IMG/VR virus record: IMGVR_UViG_3300035670_000049
Coordinates: 56,337 to 120,336 of that record
Origin: a virus
Direction: 5' to 3' (one strand)
DNA length: 64,000 bases
Below the pieces are notes generated by a model, which had not been told where the DNA came from, did not search any database, and saw only the letters and a program-made list of their open reading frames with translations. Shown here piece by piece: positions 44,234 to 54,615 of this stretch; positions within the stretch are counted from its first letter, which is position 1, and the number at the start of each line of letters is the position of its first letter. Made by a program: the position numbers and the translations under genes.

Positions 44234-47200
44234 TTATTTGGCTAATTGTCTCTTTAGTGCTGCTGCAATTAGATTTGCAAACTCTGCAAATTGTGCCGGT
44301 GTTAATACTGTACCATTGAGGTTTAGAGTAATATTTACGGGACCATTAGGGCCACCCAAACTTACTCCAGTCTTTGTATTCACTGGGACGTTTGCAATTG
44401 CAGAGAAGTCTCCACTTCCGATACGAATTCTTCTGATCATATCAGCCTTGGTTTCAAACTCTAATCGCTTCTTTTCTATATTCGCTAAATCTTCTAGCGC
44501 ACGTCGTAGCAAGTCTTCCCTTACTCCACGTACTGTCTCTAGTTTCTTCATTCCATCTAGGATGGTAACTACATCATTCTTTGCTTCTTTACTTGCACCC
44601 GGAATTTTCTTTTGTAGGGCTCTAGCATTTCTAATCGCTTGTGCAATAAGCGAATCTCTGTTAGGAAGATCGGATAATTCTTCTGGAAGATCAAGTTCAC
44701 CGTAGTCTTTTCCACTTCTTCGGGAACCTCCTCCTCCTCCTCCCGGTGATCGGGCAGGGCTAGGCATTTTAAAACTAGAAATTTTACCAGCCGCAGATTC
44801 TACCTTATTAGCCTGACTTTCATACCATGACGCTAACATCTCATTTCCTGCAAAAACTCCTGCGGTAGCCCGAAGGGTTCTTGCCATCTCTCTAAGTTTA
44901 GCAACAAATGCGGTCGTATCAAGATTAGCATAAATTGTCATAGTTGAACGTATTTTCGCTATTGTCTGCATTGCTTGGAACACTGCATAAACTCGATTCA
45001 TAAAGTTCGTAAGTTTATCGCCGGATAGATTTGCAGCCATTGCTACATCAAACATTCTTTGAATAAACTGGTCAGCACTTAGAACAGCAGCATCCTGTAG
45101 TCCGGGTATATTACTAAGAGATGCTTTTACATTATTAAAAGCATCAATAAAGTCTTGTCCCCCTGATGTAGCGGCTTCATTAAATTTCTGCCCAAGATTT
45201 TGAATTGCAACTGCCATATCATTAATCTGTGCAATCTGGGCACTGTAGTCTTCTTGTGAAATCTCCTTGTTGGCTAACTGCTGTGCGGCATCAAGTGATT
45301 TTTGTGCGAGTGTGCCAAGCGCTCCCGCTACAACTTTATCTACATTATTAAGTAATTCAATACTTTCATCTGTTAACTCTCTCATAGCACCAGCAGCGGC
45401 ATCAATCGGAGGCTTCCACCCAAATAACGCAGTTGCAATATTATCTACGACTTGTTCATATCTTTCAGTACCCTTAGTAAGTCCATCTAATCTTCCCGTT
45501 CCTTGGGCCAGCCCTTCTGCCATCAGTCTTAACTGATCATTAGGTATAAGTGTTCCCATCTTTAATGAAGTAAAGGCTTGTGCAAATACTCCGTTTAGGA
45601 TTTCACTATATTTTTCAGGGTCCAGATTTGTAAGTCCCTTGGTAATAAATTCATCAATAAGAGGGAAAACCTCATCTAATTGGGCGGCAACATTGGGTCT
45701 AAATACACGTAAAGCCTCATTGGCTTGCTGATAATATTTTAATGCATTCCCAGCATCTGTAATATTGTCTGCACCTTGAGTCCATTGATTAAAAGCCTTT
45801 TGCATATCGGCTGCTTCTGCCGTTTCTCCTAGTTGTCCTATAGCCGTATTTACATAGTCTATATTTTCTCTAGTTAGTGCTAATGATGCATTAAATTGTA
45901 GTACACCGGCTGCATCTTTAGAAAATAAATCGCCTATATTCCCGGCATTTAGCTCTCTGACATTCATTGTCTTAGTTCCAGCAGGAATTATAGTTGGTGA
46001 TCCTCCACGTCCACTCCCTGAGAAACCTACAGAGGCTGGCGTAGGTACTACTATCCGCTCTGAAAGACCACCCAACTCCGCATTTGATTGTGGAATAACG
46101 TTGGTCCCAACATTAACCTGTTGTAATGAACTTCTGCCTTTCTGTATTTCAGGGAATGTTGCAGCCAATACCATTGTTTGATATTCTTCAAGCTGCTTTA
46201 AAAATTCTTCTGGAATTATTCCTTCAGGATTAGCCAGAATTCCCCTCAATCGTGCAGACCACTGCGTTATACCGGGAAGAGTCTTTTCTAATTCCGCAAA
46301 TTGATCTATCGCATCATTTAGTTGTTTATGTGCATTTGCACTAGCAAGAATATTCTCAGCATATTGTCGATAAGAATCATTAAGAGTTGCTTGATCATCC
46401 GCTGTCCAAGCATTACCTTGAGCAATCTTTTTAGCCTCAAGATCATCCATTGTTTTAATCAGTGTTTTCTGATCTTTATCTAATGCATGAATACTATCAG
46501 CCGCTCCAGATGCATTACTATATGCCTCTAAGAGCGCCTGAGCAGTTTCCGCACTACTTTCTTGTACCCTTTCTTGGGTATTAATGAGTTGTAATAGTGT
46601 TCCTCCAATAAGAGAAATTGCTCCTACAACTTGTGTTGCACCACTGGGTACCATCATTAAAGACATACCTAATCCCTGTAATCCAGAGCCAAGTATTTGT
46701 TGAGGCTGTAGTCCACCCATTGCACCAACAGCAGCACCGATGCCAAATCCAGCAGCCCCTGCTGCTAATCCTTTCTTTCCACCTATGCCCCCCATTAGTC
46801 TTTGTCTAAGAGTAAGTTGATTATTAGTAGCCATTAGCCCTAAAGTAAGTTGCCCTTCAGCCGCAGCCGCAGCCGTAGATGCAGCACCAAACCCTAAAAG
46901 ATATTTAGCAGCCGCAGCAATACTAGTACCGATAGGAATCAAAATTTTTAATAAAAGTTTAAAACCTCCGACCAGTAGCGTTGCTTGAACAGCAGCAGTT
47001 ATTAATACTGGAGGAATATTTGAAATAAGTTCAAGTAATTGAGTGATTGCTGCTATCCCTGTAGTCGCCAAATCCTTGAATACTTCTCCAAACTGTTGGA
47101 ACGTTTTATCCTTTATTGTATTTTGAAACTGTGTTATCTTTGCGTTCAATGTACCCATGATTTGGGCATTAGCCAAGAACGCCTCATTTGTAGCATCTGC

Positions 47201-49222
47201 TGAAACTTTGGTTTCCTTTAATACTGTATTGATATTAGAAAGAAGCGCCGCTGCGTCTGGGGCTCGTCTGGGTCCTCCAGATATCGCACGTAGCAATCCA
47301 GATACTTCCGTTCCCGCAATTTCTCCTGTCTGAATCTTTCTAGCAATCTCTGAATAGATACCAATAATATCACTACCCTGACTTACAAGGGCTATATTAA
47401 GTTTAGATAACGCTTTAATAGCGGCTGGATTTTCTAATGCTCCAACAAGATTCTTAAATGCTGTAGCAACTTCAGCAGGAGATTTTGATGTAACCTGAGA
47501 TAGTGTTTTAATAACTCCAATCTGCTGATCAACAGATAGACCGGCTTGTTCTCCTGCCTCTGCCATAACAGCAAGACCCTTTGTAATATCTGCAATAGCC
47601 CCAGACTGCCCACCAGCAGATGCTGTAACCTTGTTTAAGATCGTATAGACTTCTGAGGCTGTGTATCCTAACTGCTTCATAACAGCAACTAACTGATCAG
47701 TGGCACTGACTGTATCTTGCCCCGTTAAGTTAGTATATATACCAATCGCTTGGGCCAACGTAGCGATATCGTTTGTTAGTTCCTTAGTCGATTGTCCCGG
47801 TCTTCGTACCGCCAATGCTAAGTCGTCTGCGGCTTTAACTAGTTCTTCGATAGGAGTAGCAGTTAATTGAGCGACATTAAGTAGTTCCTTATAGAATGCT
47901 TGGGTCTGCTTAGTGCTTAATCCAGCAGTAACGGTGAAACGGGTTAAATCTGCATCAAGGGTTTTAATGATATCCAGTCCAGCCATTGCTGCACGCATTG
48001 ATCCGAAGATAACCGTTGTCGCAACAGTCCACTCAATAACCTTTTGGAAATCTCTACCTATCTGTTCCATAATTCGAGAAAATCCTCGCAGATTTCCTCC
48101 AAATCTGGTAATCAATTTACCAGATTTATCAATTTCCGCCGACCATTGTGTAAGAATTCCCTTATTGTTTACAAACTCTCCACTTAATCTTGTAACTCCT
48201 CTAACTAAATCATTAACGGGGGCATTAAACTGCGCCATTTGTTGATTCCTAAGAACATCTCCTAACGGACCTGTTCCTACCCCTAGACCCCCTTTTTGAA
48301 GTTGCTGTAATAACTGTGGAGAAAGTCCTTGTAGTGTCTGATACCCTTTAGGTATTGTTGTTGGGGCTACCCGCGCAGCCGCCTCTGCTATTCTACTAGC
48401 CTCTAAGGCTTGTTGCCTAGGAAGTACTCCTGCGCGAGTTGCAGAAACCTGTGCTGCTCGTTCTGCTCGATATGAAGCAGTTCTAGCATCAATGGCAGCA
48501 GTATGAGATTGTTCGGCTGCAACTATTTGTTTCTTAATGGATAATTCAGTACCCATTAAACGATTCCTATCACGAATCATTTGGGCTGTTGTAGCATCAA
48601 AGGATGCCTGATGGAAACCGGGAACCATTCCTCCTGCGCGCCAACCCTGTCTATCTCTAATTGCCTCAGTTAGCGTCATTCTTCTCTTTTGAGCATCAAA
48701 TAGACTTTGGTTTAGTGTATCAGTAGTCGCAGTTCTAGACGCTTCAATTGCTGTCCTATCTCTCAAAAATGCATCTCTTGAGAATGCTGCTCCACCCCTA
48801 GCAGCAGTTTGAAGTCCCTCTATTTCTGAAAGGAGTTGGATTTGTTTCTGCATTTCCGCAGTAATAAGCTTCTCTTCTCCTAGCCATTTCTGTGTTTTAG
48901 CAATAGGGATAAACTCCCCACTTGACAACTGTAATCCTGTAATAGCAGTTGTTTTAATAGAATTTTCTAATTGATCATATTCTGTTCTCAATCTATTAAC
49001 AATTGATCCCTGCTGTTTTAAATTACCCAGAACATCTCTTTGCGGAACACCCCTACTATCAAGAACAGGGTAGGTTTTAAGTCCTAGTAAATCAGTAAAA
49101 TACTGCTTATAAGTGTCATTTGAACGCCGCACAAAATCATCCGCTTGCCTAGATGTATTGGCAAAAAATTCTCTTAATCCCGGCGCTGTGCCTATTACAC
49201 GGATTTCTAATTGTCCGGCCAT
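44234..49222 (-). CDS. Tail tape measure protein
   Basis: 1662 aa, Ala/Gly-rich helical; central hydrophobic segments; follows chaperone genes. Confidence 0.93.
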   Translation of the reverse strand: MAGQLEIRVIGTAPGLREFFANTSRQADDFVRRSNDTYKQYFTDLLGLKTYPVLDSRGVPQRDVLGNLKQQGSIVNRLRTEYDQLENSIKTTAITGLQLSSGEFIPIAKTQKWLGEEKLITAEMQKQIQLLSEIEGLQTAARGGAAFSRDAFLRDRTAIEASRTATTDTLNQSLFDAQKRRMTLTEAIRDRQGWRAGGMVPGFHQASFDATTAQMIRDRNRLMGTELSIKKQIVAAEQSHTAAIDARTASYRAERAAQVSATRAGVLPRQQALEASRIAEAAARVAPTTIPKGYQTLQGLSPQLLQQLQKGGLGVGTGPLGDVLRNQQMAQFNAPVNDLVRGVTRLSGEFVNNKGILTQWSAEIDKSGKLITRFGGNLRGFSRIMEQIGRDFQKVIEWTVATTVIFGSMRAAMAGLDIIKTLDADLTRFTVTAGLSTKQTQAFYKELLNVAQLTATPIEELVKAADDLALAVRRPGQSTKELTNDIATLAQAIGIYTNLTGQDTVSATDQLVAVMKQLGYTASEVYTILNKVTASAGGQSGAIADITKGLAVMAEAGEQAGLSVDQQIGVIKTLSQVTSKSPAEVATAFKNLVGALENPAAIKALSKLNIALVSQGSDIIGIYSEIARKIQTGEIAGTEVSGLLRAISGGPRRAPDAAALLSNINTVLKETKVSADATNEAFLANAQIMGTLNAKITQFQNTIKDKTFQQFGEVFKDLATTGIAAITQLLELISNIPPVLITAAVQATLLVGGFKLLLKILIPIGTSIAAAAKYLLGFGAASTAAAAAEGQLTLGLMATNNQLTLRQRLMGGIGGKKGLAAGAAGFGIGAAVGAMGGLQPQQILGSGLQGLGMSLMMVPSGATQVVGAISLIGGTLLQLINTQERVQESSAETAQALLEAYSNASGAADSIHALDKDQKTLIKTMDDLEAKKIAQGNAWTADDQATLNDSYRQYAENILASANAHKQLNDAIDQFAELEKTLPGITQWSARLRGILANPEGIIPEEFLKQLEEYQTMVLAATFPEIQKGRSSLQQVNVGTNVIPQSNAELGGLSERIVVPTPASVGFSGSGRGGSPTIIPAGTKTMNVRELNAGNIGDLFSKDAAGVLQFNASLALTRENIDYVNTAIGQLGETAEAADMQKAFNQWTQGADNITDAGNALKYYQQANEALRVFRPNVAAQLDEVFPLIDEFITKGLTNLDPEKYSEILNGVFAQAFTSLKMGTLIPNDQLRLMAEGLAQGTGRLDGLTKGTERYEQVVDNIATALFGWKPPIDAAAGAMRELTDESIELLNNVDKVVAGALGTLAQKSLDAAQQLANKEISQEDYSAQIAQINDMAVAIQNLGQKFNEAATSGGQDFIDAFNNVKASLSNIPGLQDAAVLSADQFIQRMFDVAMAANLSGDKLTNFMNRVYAVFQAMQTIAKIRSTMTIYANLDTTAFVAKLREMARTLRATAGVFAGNEMLASWYESQANKVESAAGKISSFKMPSPARSPGGGGGGSRRSGKDYGELDLPEELSDLPNRDSLIAQAIRNARALQKKIPGASKEAKNDVVTILDGMKKLETVRGVREDLLRRALEDLANIEKKRLEFETKADMIRRIRIGSGDFSAIANVPVNTKTGVSLGGPNGPVNITLNLNGTVLTPAQFAEFANLIAAALKRQLAK

Positions 49223-49226
49223 TATA

Positions 49227-49520
49227 TCATTCCACTTCCTCTAAATCCAAATCTATAAATTCCTTTGAGCGTTCTTCCTTTCGTTCAAATGCCTCGTCAA
49301 GAAATCTTTCTAACTTATAGGGTTTATTCCACAAATCTCTCGGCGGTTGCTTATCTTTTGGTAAGTTATTAAACGAGTTAATTCTTTCTCTATATAAAAT
49401 TGCAAACGATATAGGATATGGCATATCATCTGCGCTTCGAATTCCTTCTATCACGGGCAGTCCCAGAGTCTTTGCTACTGATAGGGCAATCCCCCAAGAA
49501 CTACCCTCGGCTAGTTTTTT
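49227..49520 (-). CDS. Tail assembly chaperone, -1 frameshift extension (GT form)
   Basis: -1 frame after A AAA AAC reads KLAEGSSWGIALSVAKTLGLPVIEGIRSADD... continuous into ORF 49227-49454. Confidence 0.8.
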   Translation of the reverse strand, partial: KKLAEGSSWGIALSVAKTLGLPVIEGIRSADDMPYPISFAILYRERINSFNNLPKDKQPPRDLWNKPYKLERFLDEAFERKEERSKEFIDLDLEEVE

Positions 49521-50257
49521 ATATCTTCTAGCCCTGCTTCTAGTCTACGATATTCTTCACGTAAATATTCCTTAAGACGTGCATTTAGGTTCTGGAATTC
49601 TTCTACTGAGGTAAATTCTCTTAGTGTGTATTCCTCATCTTGGTAAACTGCGCGCCAAACCTTTTCATCAATGAGTGTATCAAGATACATTTGAATTGAC
49701 AGAACGACAATAACTTCCTGCTTGGCTAGTTCAATCAATTCTTCTAGTGGTTTAGCATCCAACTCAACACGAAGAACCTCTTCCCTTGTCTTTACATATT
49801 GCTCTAATTCGGCTCGATATTCTTTATCGATATCTAGCGCCATCTTATCCAACTTTTCTAATTCCTCTAAAGTTGGAGCATCAGGATCGCGTGCTACGTC
49901 CTCAATCTTTGGTAGTTCAGGTACAGTCACATTCGATAGGGCTTCACCTGTCCAGTTAGCACCGCGCCCCTGTACAATCATTTCAATACACTGCTCTTTC
50001 GTCGCATTATCAAAAATGGCAACATTCGAAATATAGTCCTCAGACCCAGCAACAGATAGGGCTACCCTCCTAGAAGCAGAAGCGTATCTTGCTTTTAGAG
50101 AGGCGTCTTCAAAATCTTTATCTCCTATTACCCGCATATATACAACAATTGGATTGCCTTCCTCATCCTTTGCGGCCAGTCCCCGCTCATCCTTGATCCT
50201 GATTACCTTTTTCCATTTCAATAAGTTTGTTAACTTTCCCAATTCCTTTTCCTCCAT
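49511..50257 (-). CDS. Tail assembly chaperone (G form)
   Basis: Between tail tube and tape measure; ends at slippery heptamer. Confidence 0.82.
   Translation of the reverse strand: MEEKELGKLTNLLKWKKVIRIKDERGLAAKDEEGNPIVVYMRVIGDKDFEDASLKARYASASRRVALSVAGSEDYISNVAIFDNATKEQCIEMIVQGRGANWTGEALSNVTVPELPKIEDVARDPDAPTLEELEKLDKMALDIDKEYRAELEQYVKTREEVLRVELDAKPLEELIELAKQEVIVVLSIQMYLDTLIDEKVWRAVYQDEEYTLREFTSVEEFQNLNARLKEYLREEYRRLEAGLEDIKN
49514..49520 (-). other. Programmed -1 ribosomal frameshift heptamer A AAA AAC
   Basis: ATA AAA AAC TAG at chaperone end, X XXY YYZ form in correct frame. Confidence 0.82.
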
Positions 50258-50262
50258 TCTAA

Positions 50263-50304
50263 TAAAAAAGAAGGGGATAGCCCCAAAGATGAGACTATCC
50301 CCTT
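50263..50304 (-). terminator. Intrinsic terminator after major tail gene
   Basis: AAGGGGATAG/CTATCCCCTT stem plus G-U extension, then CTTTTTT. Confidence 0.85.
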
Positions 50305-50349
50305 AGATGTAACGTTTGCTACATACCCTAACGTAGTGCTAGTTAAATT

Positions 50350-51543
50350 TTAGTATACTCCTGCCCCACTCATTACATATAGTTCTCCTGTTGCAGAACT
50401 CCATGAGAATGTTTCTTCCATCGATGCATTAACTGAAGAAGAATCTCCCTCTGAGTTAATGGTAATCTGTGGAACATAGTAGGTAAGAAGTGTTTCGCTT
50501 GGATTCGATGGGTTCTTTAGACTAATCTTCAATGGTAGGGTAGTCTTTGCATACTCCATATCATTTTCAACTGGTCCTGCTCCTGCGGCATAGCCCTCAA
50601 GAATTCCTAGAAGATCGTTGTCTGTCTTTAGAACAGTAATATCTCCTGTAACATCGGGGATACCTGTTTCTACTCCAACCGGCTTTCCAAGTCCACCCAT
50701 TTCAAGGATCGATTCTGATGCAAGTGCGGCCCTGATTGTAGCACTCTGTACTCTAGGAATACTATTTACAGCAATGCTAAGAGGAACGTACTTTCCTTGA
50801 ATGGCTGCAACACTTGTATTATCAAGTGCATTAAACTGCTTTGTAGTTGGAGAGCAGTATGTTACCCAAACTGTATCTCCTGTACTTGTGCCTGTACCTG
50901 TGAAGTTAACATTTGCCCCAGTTACAGTGAAATCTGTTCCTTCATTAAGGAATACGTTGGATCGATCAGCAGACATTCGAAATGCATCAATAATGTATCC
51001 CGATGTTCGTGGTAGGAATGTTGGAGTATTTGCAAGTGTCTGTACTCCAGTTGCTGTTACAAGATCAAATGACTCATAATAAACTGGCTGTCGGAATTCT
51101 TTCTTCTGGTTGCTTGTAACTGTGTAGGTTACGGTTGAGTTATTTCTAACATCGAAAGAAGCGTCAAGCCCCGTTACAATTCCTCTTCTAACATATAACG
51201 CATTAACGATATTCTGTGTTGAACCATCTCTTATCTGTCCAATAACGTCTACGTTCATTAGGTCAGTAATTGATGCCCCCGATAGAGGGAAGGTGCTTGG
51301 AGTATATCCTGTTAAATACGAGAAGACACTGTGACTTACATCAAATGCCTCAATTGTAACAGTAACTTCAGGAATTTCCTGTGTTGCTCCTACGTGGAGT
51401 TTTCGTCCGATTTCATCGATATAGGTTGTAGGTATATTCATTGGCCAATCAAATCTTTGTACTCTGGCGGCAGCGAATAATCCCTTTGGTGCTGCAACTT
51501 GTGGTTGCAAGTCGCGTGAGTGTACTCTGGCGCGTCGTGCCAT
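50350..51543 (-). CDS. Major tail tube protein with central Ig-like insert
   Basis: Position; strong AAGGAGG RBS; downstream terminator; EGTDFTVTG..V.F..GDTVWVTY insert. Confidence 0.82.
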   Translation of the reverse strand: MARRARVHSRDLQPQVAAPKGLFAAARVQRFDWPMNIPTTYIDEIGRKLHVGATQEIPEVTVTIEAFDVSHSVFSYLTGYTPSTFPLSGASITDLMNVDVIGQIRDGSTQNIVNALYVRRGIVTGLDASFDVRNNSTVTYTVTSNQKKEFRQPVYYESFDLVTATGVQTLANTPTFLPRTSGYIIDAFRMSADRSNVFLNEGTDFTVTGANVNFTGTGTSTGDTVWVTYCSPTTKQFNALDNTSVAAIQGKYVPLSIAVNSIPRVQSATIRAALASESILEMGGLGKPVGVETGIPDVTGDITVLKTDNDLLGILEGYAAGAGPVENDMEYAKTTLPLKISLKNPSNPSETLLTYYVPQITINSEGDSSSVNASMEETFSWSSATGELYVMSGAGVY

Positions 51544-51627
51544 AATTATTTCCTCCTTTATGGGTTAACTATCTTATAATTTCCCTTCCTTTTCCGCTTG
51601 CCGCTCTTATTATGTATACGGCCCTAA

Positions 51628-52095
51628 TTAATCATTTGGATAATGTATATCTAAGGTTGCCCTTACTATCCCCCGCCATCTAATAACCTTCGGCTTCTCA
51701 TAATTTGGGGTCACAATCTGACCATAGATTGAATCAGAATTTTGGCATGTAATACTTCCAACGACTGCATTATTCTGCATCGGATCATTTATATAGAGAG
51801 CCATTGTATCTAAATAGTCCATAAGTATGTCTATTATCAAACTAACCTTTTCATCACTTTCCATATAAATATCAAATTGGATTACACGGTTAAAATATTT
51901 TTCTGTTGTGTCCCCCATCTGAAATGGCTTAGGCCCATTGGGTAGAAAATATAATGATATCAGTGGAGGAATAATCTGCTCACCAACGGCAAACCCTGAG
52001 TGTGTGGGAATGGCTCCCAATCCGTTGTTGGATAGAAGCGTTGAAATAGCAGCGGCGATTTCAGCAAGTTCTAAATTCTGTTTCATTAAAGTCAT
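51628..52095 (-). CDS. Tail terminator-like protein
   Basis: Position before tail tube; IQFDIY motif; size. Confidence 0.65.
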   Translation of the reverse strand: MTLMKQNLELAEIAAAISTLLSNNGLGAIPTHSGFAVGEQIIPPLISLYFLPNGPKPFQMGDTTEKYFNRVIQFDIYMESDEKVSLIIDILMDYLDTMALYINDPMQNNAVVGSITCQNSDSIYGQIVTPNYEKPKVIRWRGIVRATLDIHYPND

Positions 52096-52108
52096 TTATT
52101 TCACCGCC

Positions 52109-52852
52109 CTATAATCTTTCTGAGCCTATAAATCTTCCTCCGGGTCCTCTGACTGGACGAACCGTTGGACGAGATTTAAATGCAGCCTCGCTACTATTAA
52201 TTGTGTATGTAACCCGTTCAACTTCCCTAGCAAGTATCGCATAAAATTGCTGATATATCTCAGCCTGTACTGTTTCAACAATAGGAAAGGGTTGGATAAA
52301 AGGAGCAAACTCGCTTTGACCGTAGTTTAATAGTAGCCATTGTGGAGCAACACCCTTGCTACTCCATAGTGCTACTCTTGCAGCATAGGTATCATTAAGG
52401 TGTGCGCCACCGGGAATTCTTCCTCCCCAAGTTTCACTGATCGTTAACCAGAATGCGTAACGAGTTACAAGATCATTTTTAAGTGCCTGACCTTGATAGG
52501 GAAGTTCTACCCTGTCCCCATCCGCTAGCATTGCTTGGTAGTGGAAGCCTTCACTTAAGTCTTCATATGATCCTAATTCTTCAAAGTCATACTCAACAGA
52601 AAAGTAAGACGCGGAACCATAGATTCTTACATCTGTTTGTCTTACTACTTCTAATAACTGCGCTCCATATACAGGAGGAAATCCTTCCCCCGCAGTTGAA
52701 ATCGCTACTTCAAAAGTTTCAAGGATAATTCGCTTAAGTGCTATCTCTGCTTTCTCACTAGCAACTCTAAACGCCTCTTCGTATAAGGCTGGAGCGCGAT
52801 TAAGTGTTTGGCGTAGTTGCTCATGCCCTGTAACACGAATACCTATTGGCAT
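52109..52852 (-). CDS. Neck/tail completion protein
   Basis: Position; IRVTGHEQLRQTL N-terminus; basic C-terminus. Confidence 0.55.
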   Translation of the reverse strand: MPIGIRVTGHEQLRQTLNRAPALYEEAFRVASEKAEIALKRIILETFEVAISTAGEGFPPVYGAQLLEVVRQTDVRIYGSASYFSVEYDFEELGSYEDLSEGFHYQAMLADGDRVELPYQGQALKNDLVTRYAFWLTISETWGGRIPGGAHLNDTYAARVALWSSKGVAPQWLLLNYGQSEFAPFIQPFPIVETVQAEIYQQFYAILAREVERVTYTINSSEAAFKSRPTVRPVRGPGGRFIGSERL

Positions 52853-52862
52853 GATGCTTCAC

Positions 52863-53132
52863 CTACTCTACGTCTTGGCCGAATCCTATAATCGTATGAA
52901 TATCTCGGGTATAGTCATTAAAGTTATCTAGGATTACTTTCTTTATTTGTGGGAAGTTTAACTTGTCTTCCTTCTGTAATCTTTCTAATGAGTCAAGAGA
53001 TAACTTACAATACATCCGCTTTCTTTTTTCTATATCTGCGGCAGCTTCTACAAGGGCCACACCATTTATCTTGTTGTGTTCAAATTGTTGGTTACAACTC
53101 GGGCAAACTACAATATTTGATTCAAATCTCAT
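52863..53132 (-). CDS. Small protein with CxxC
   Basis: AAGGG RBS; CPSC. Confidence 0.6.
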   Translation of the reverse strand: MRFESNIVVCPSCNQQFEHNKINGVALVEAAADIEKRKRMYCKLSLDSLERLQKEDKLNFPQIKKVILDNFNDYTRDIHTIIGFGQDVE

Positions 53133-53148
53133 TTCCTATCCCTTTCCT

Positions 53149-53622
53149 TTACGATGGTCGTTCTCCACTATTTTTAAGCACTATTCTATAACGATTAGGC
53201 TCGGGAGCGCCGACAGGTATAATTTTAATAATCTGCATATCATGATCATCGACAACGACCTTATTATCTAAACTCTGTGTTGCCTCTGCAATACTGCGAT
53301 AAGAAGGATCAATGGTTACTGTAGCATCTCCTAGGAAATACTTTCCTCCCGGTGAGGCTGTAACAGCCTCATCGTTTGTCCAGTGAACCCTAGCGAGAAT
53401 GACATGACCTGATGTGGTTGTAATGTAATAATTCCCAGCACATACTGGGCAATTATAGTAGAATGTTCCGTCAATAGTTGAGTTGTAGTAACCGCTTGCG
53501 GTACAAAGTGAGCATGTCGTTCTATCCGTTGTATAGAACGTTACATTCCGGCCTATACTTTCTCGGGTAGAATCTATTTGTCTCTTTATCCACTCCCGAT
53601 TAACTTTGATGATTTCCGGCAA
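53149..53622 (-). CDS. Head-closure (stopper)-like protein with Zn-finger insert
   Basis: Position; CSLC...CPVC; beta-rich C-terminal half. Confidence 0.6.
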   Translation of the reverse strand: MPEIIKVNREWIKRQIDSTRESIGRNVTFYTTDRTTCSLCTASGYYNSTIDGTFYYNCPVCAGNYYITTTSGHVILARVHWTNDEAVTASPGGKYFLGDATVTIDPSYRSIAEATQSLDNKVVVDDHDMQIIKIIPVGAPEPNRYRIVLKNSGERPS

Positions 53623-53628
53623 TGTTAC

Positions 53629-54603
53629 TCACCCTTTAATTAATTTTACTAATTCATCAAACTTTTCCTTGCTCTTAGCATAGTTGTAATTTTCTGTTAA
53701 GACATGATAAGACTCGTCCGCTACCCTTTCGGCCCACTGCGTGTCTTCTAGGAGGCGTAGGGACAGTTCTAGCGCATCTTGTAGCGCGAACGGTTGGACA
53801 CTCGTATCTGGGAATAATTCCTCTTGCAACTCAAGCCTGTCCGATCCCACTACGGGAATCTTAAAGAATGCTGCTTCACCTTGTAACCGACCCGGCGTGT
53901 TCCTATCCGGCAGACTTATTACAAATTTACAGCGGTTAAGTATTTCTAGGTATTCACCCATGTTAGTCCGCTGGTGGATATAAACTCCATCAAATCTATC
54001 TGCCATATAAATACAGTATGGCATTAACTGATGAGGAACAGATAGAAACACGCCTTGTAGGTCGGGATAGCGTAGTTTTAAATTTTGAAAAACCAACAAG
54101 TTAGAGATAAAATTTCTATCATTGTCTGCCGCACCCACACCTAACCCAATGTATTCCCTTTCGGAATTCCGTAGATGACCATATCTTGATTCGTACTTCT
54201 CTACTGGAAAGGGAAGGCCAACACGAACAACCGGCTTAGATGGTAGGACAGTTTGATAAAATTGCCTCTCTTCTTCTGTTAAGGCCATGATACCGTCCAG
54301 ATATTCTAAATCAGCCAAGTATGCGTATTGTCTTTCGGCTGGCAGACGTGATACGTGAGTGGAAAGGGGATGGTCACTTAAACCAATTTGTGTGACATGA
54401 GGATAGCGATCACGAATTTCCTTTGTCCATCCTGTTGCCTCTATCCAAAGCGTCCTGATTACTGTTTGATATAATCCTGCTTCTTCCTTCTTCTGAATGT
54501 ATGGGATATCCAATAAATCCATCCATACACCATTATCGTATTCTCCTGTGTTCTGCTTATCACCATAGAAAATTGCCATGTCTCCAATTGCTCTAACTGC
54601 CAT
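53629..54603 (-). CDS. GT-B-fold glycosyltransferase-like protein
   Basis: EYLEILNRCKFVI...PGRLQGEAAFFKIPVVGS resembles the GT4 C-terminal motif. Confidence 0.7.
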   Translation of the reverse strand: MAVRAIGDMAIFYGDKQNTGEYDNGVWMDLLDIPYIQKKEEAGLYQTVIRTLWIEATGWTKEIRDRYPHVTQIGLSDHPLSTHVSRLPAERQYAYLADLEYLDGIMALTEEERQFYQTVLPSKPVVRVGLPFPVEKYESRYGHLRNSEREYIGLGVGAADNDRNFISNLLVFQNLKLRYPDLQGVFLSVPHQLMPYCIYMADRFDGVYIHQRTNMGEYLEILNRCKFVISLPDRNTPGRLQGEAAFFKIPVVGSDRLELQEELFPDTSVQPFALQDALELSLRLLEDTQWAERVADESYHVLTENYNYAKSKEKFDELVKLIKG

Positions 54604-54615
54604 CTTCCTTCTCCT

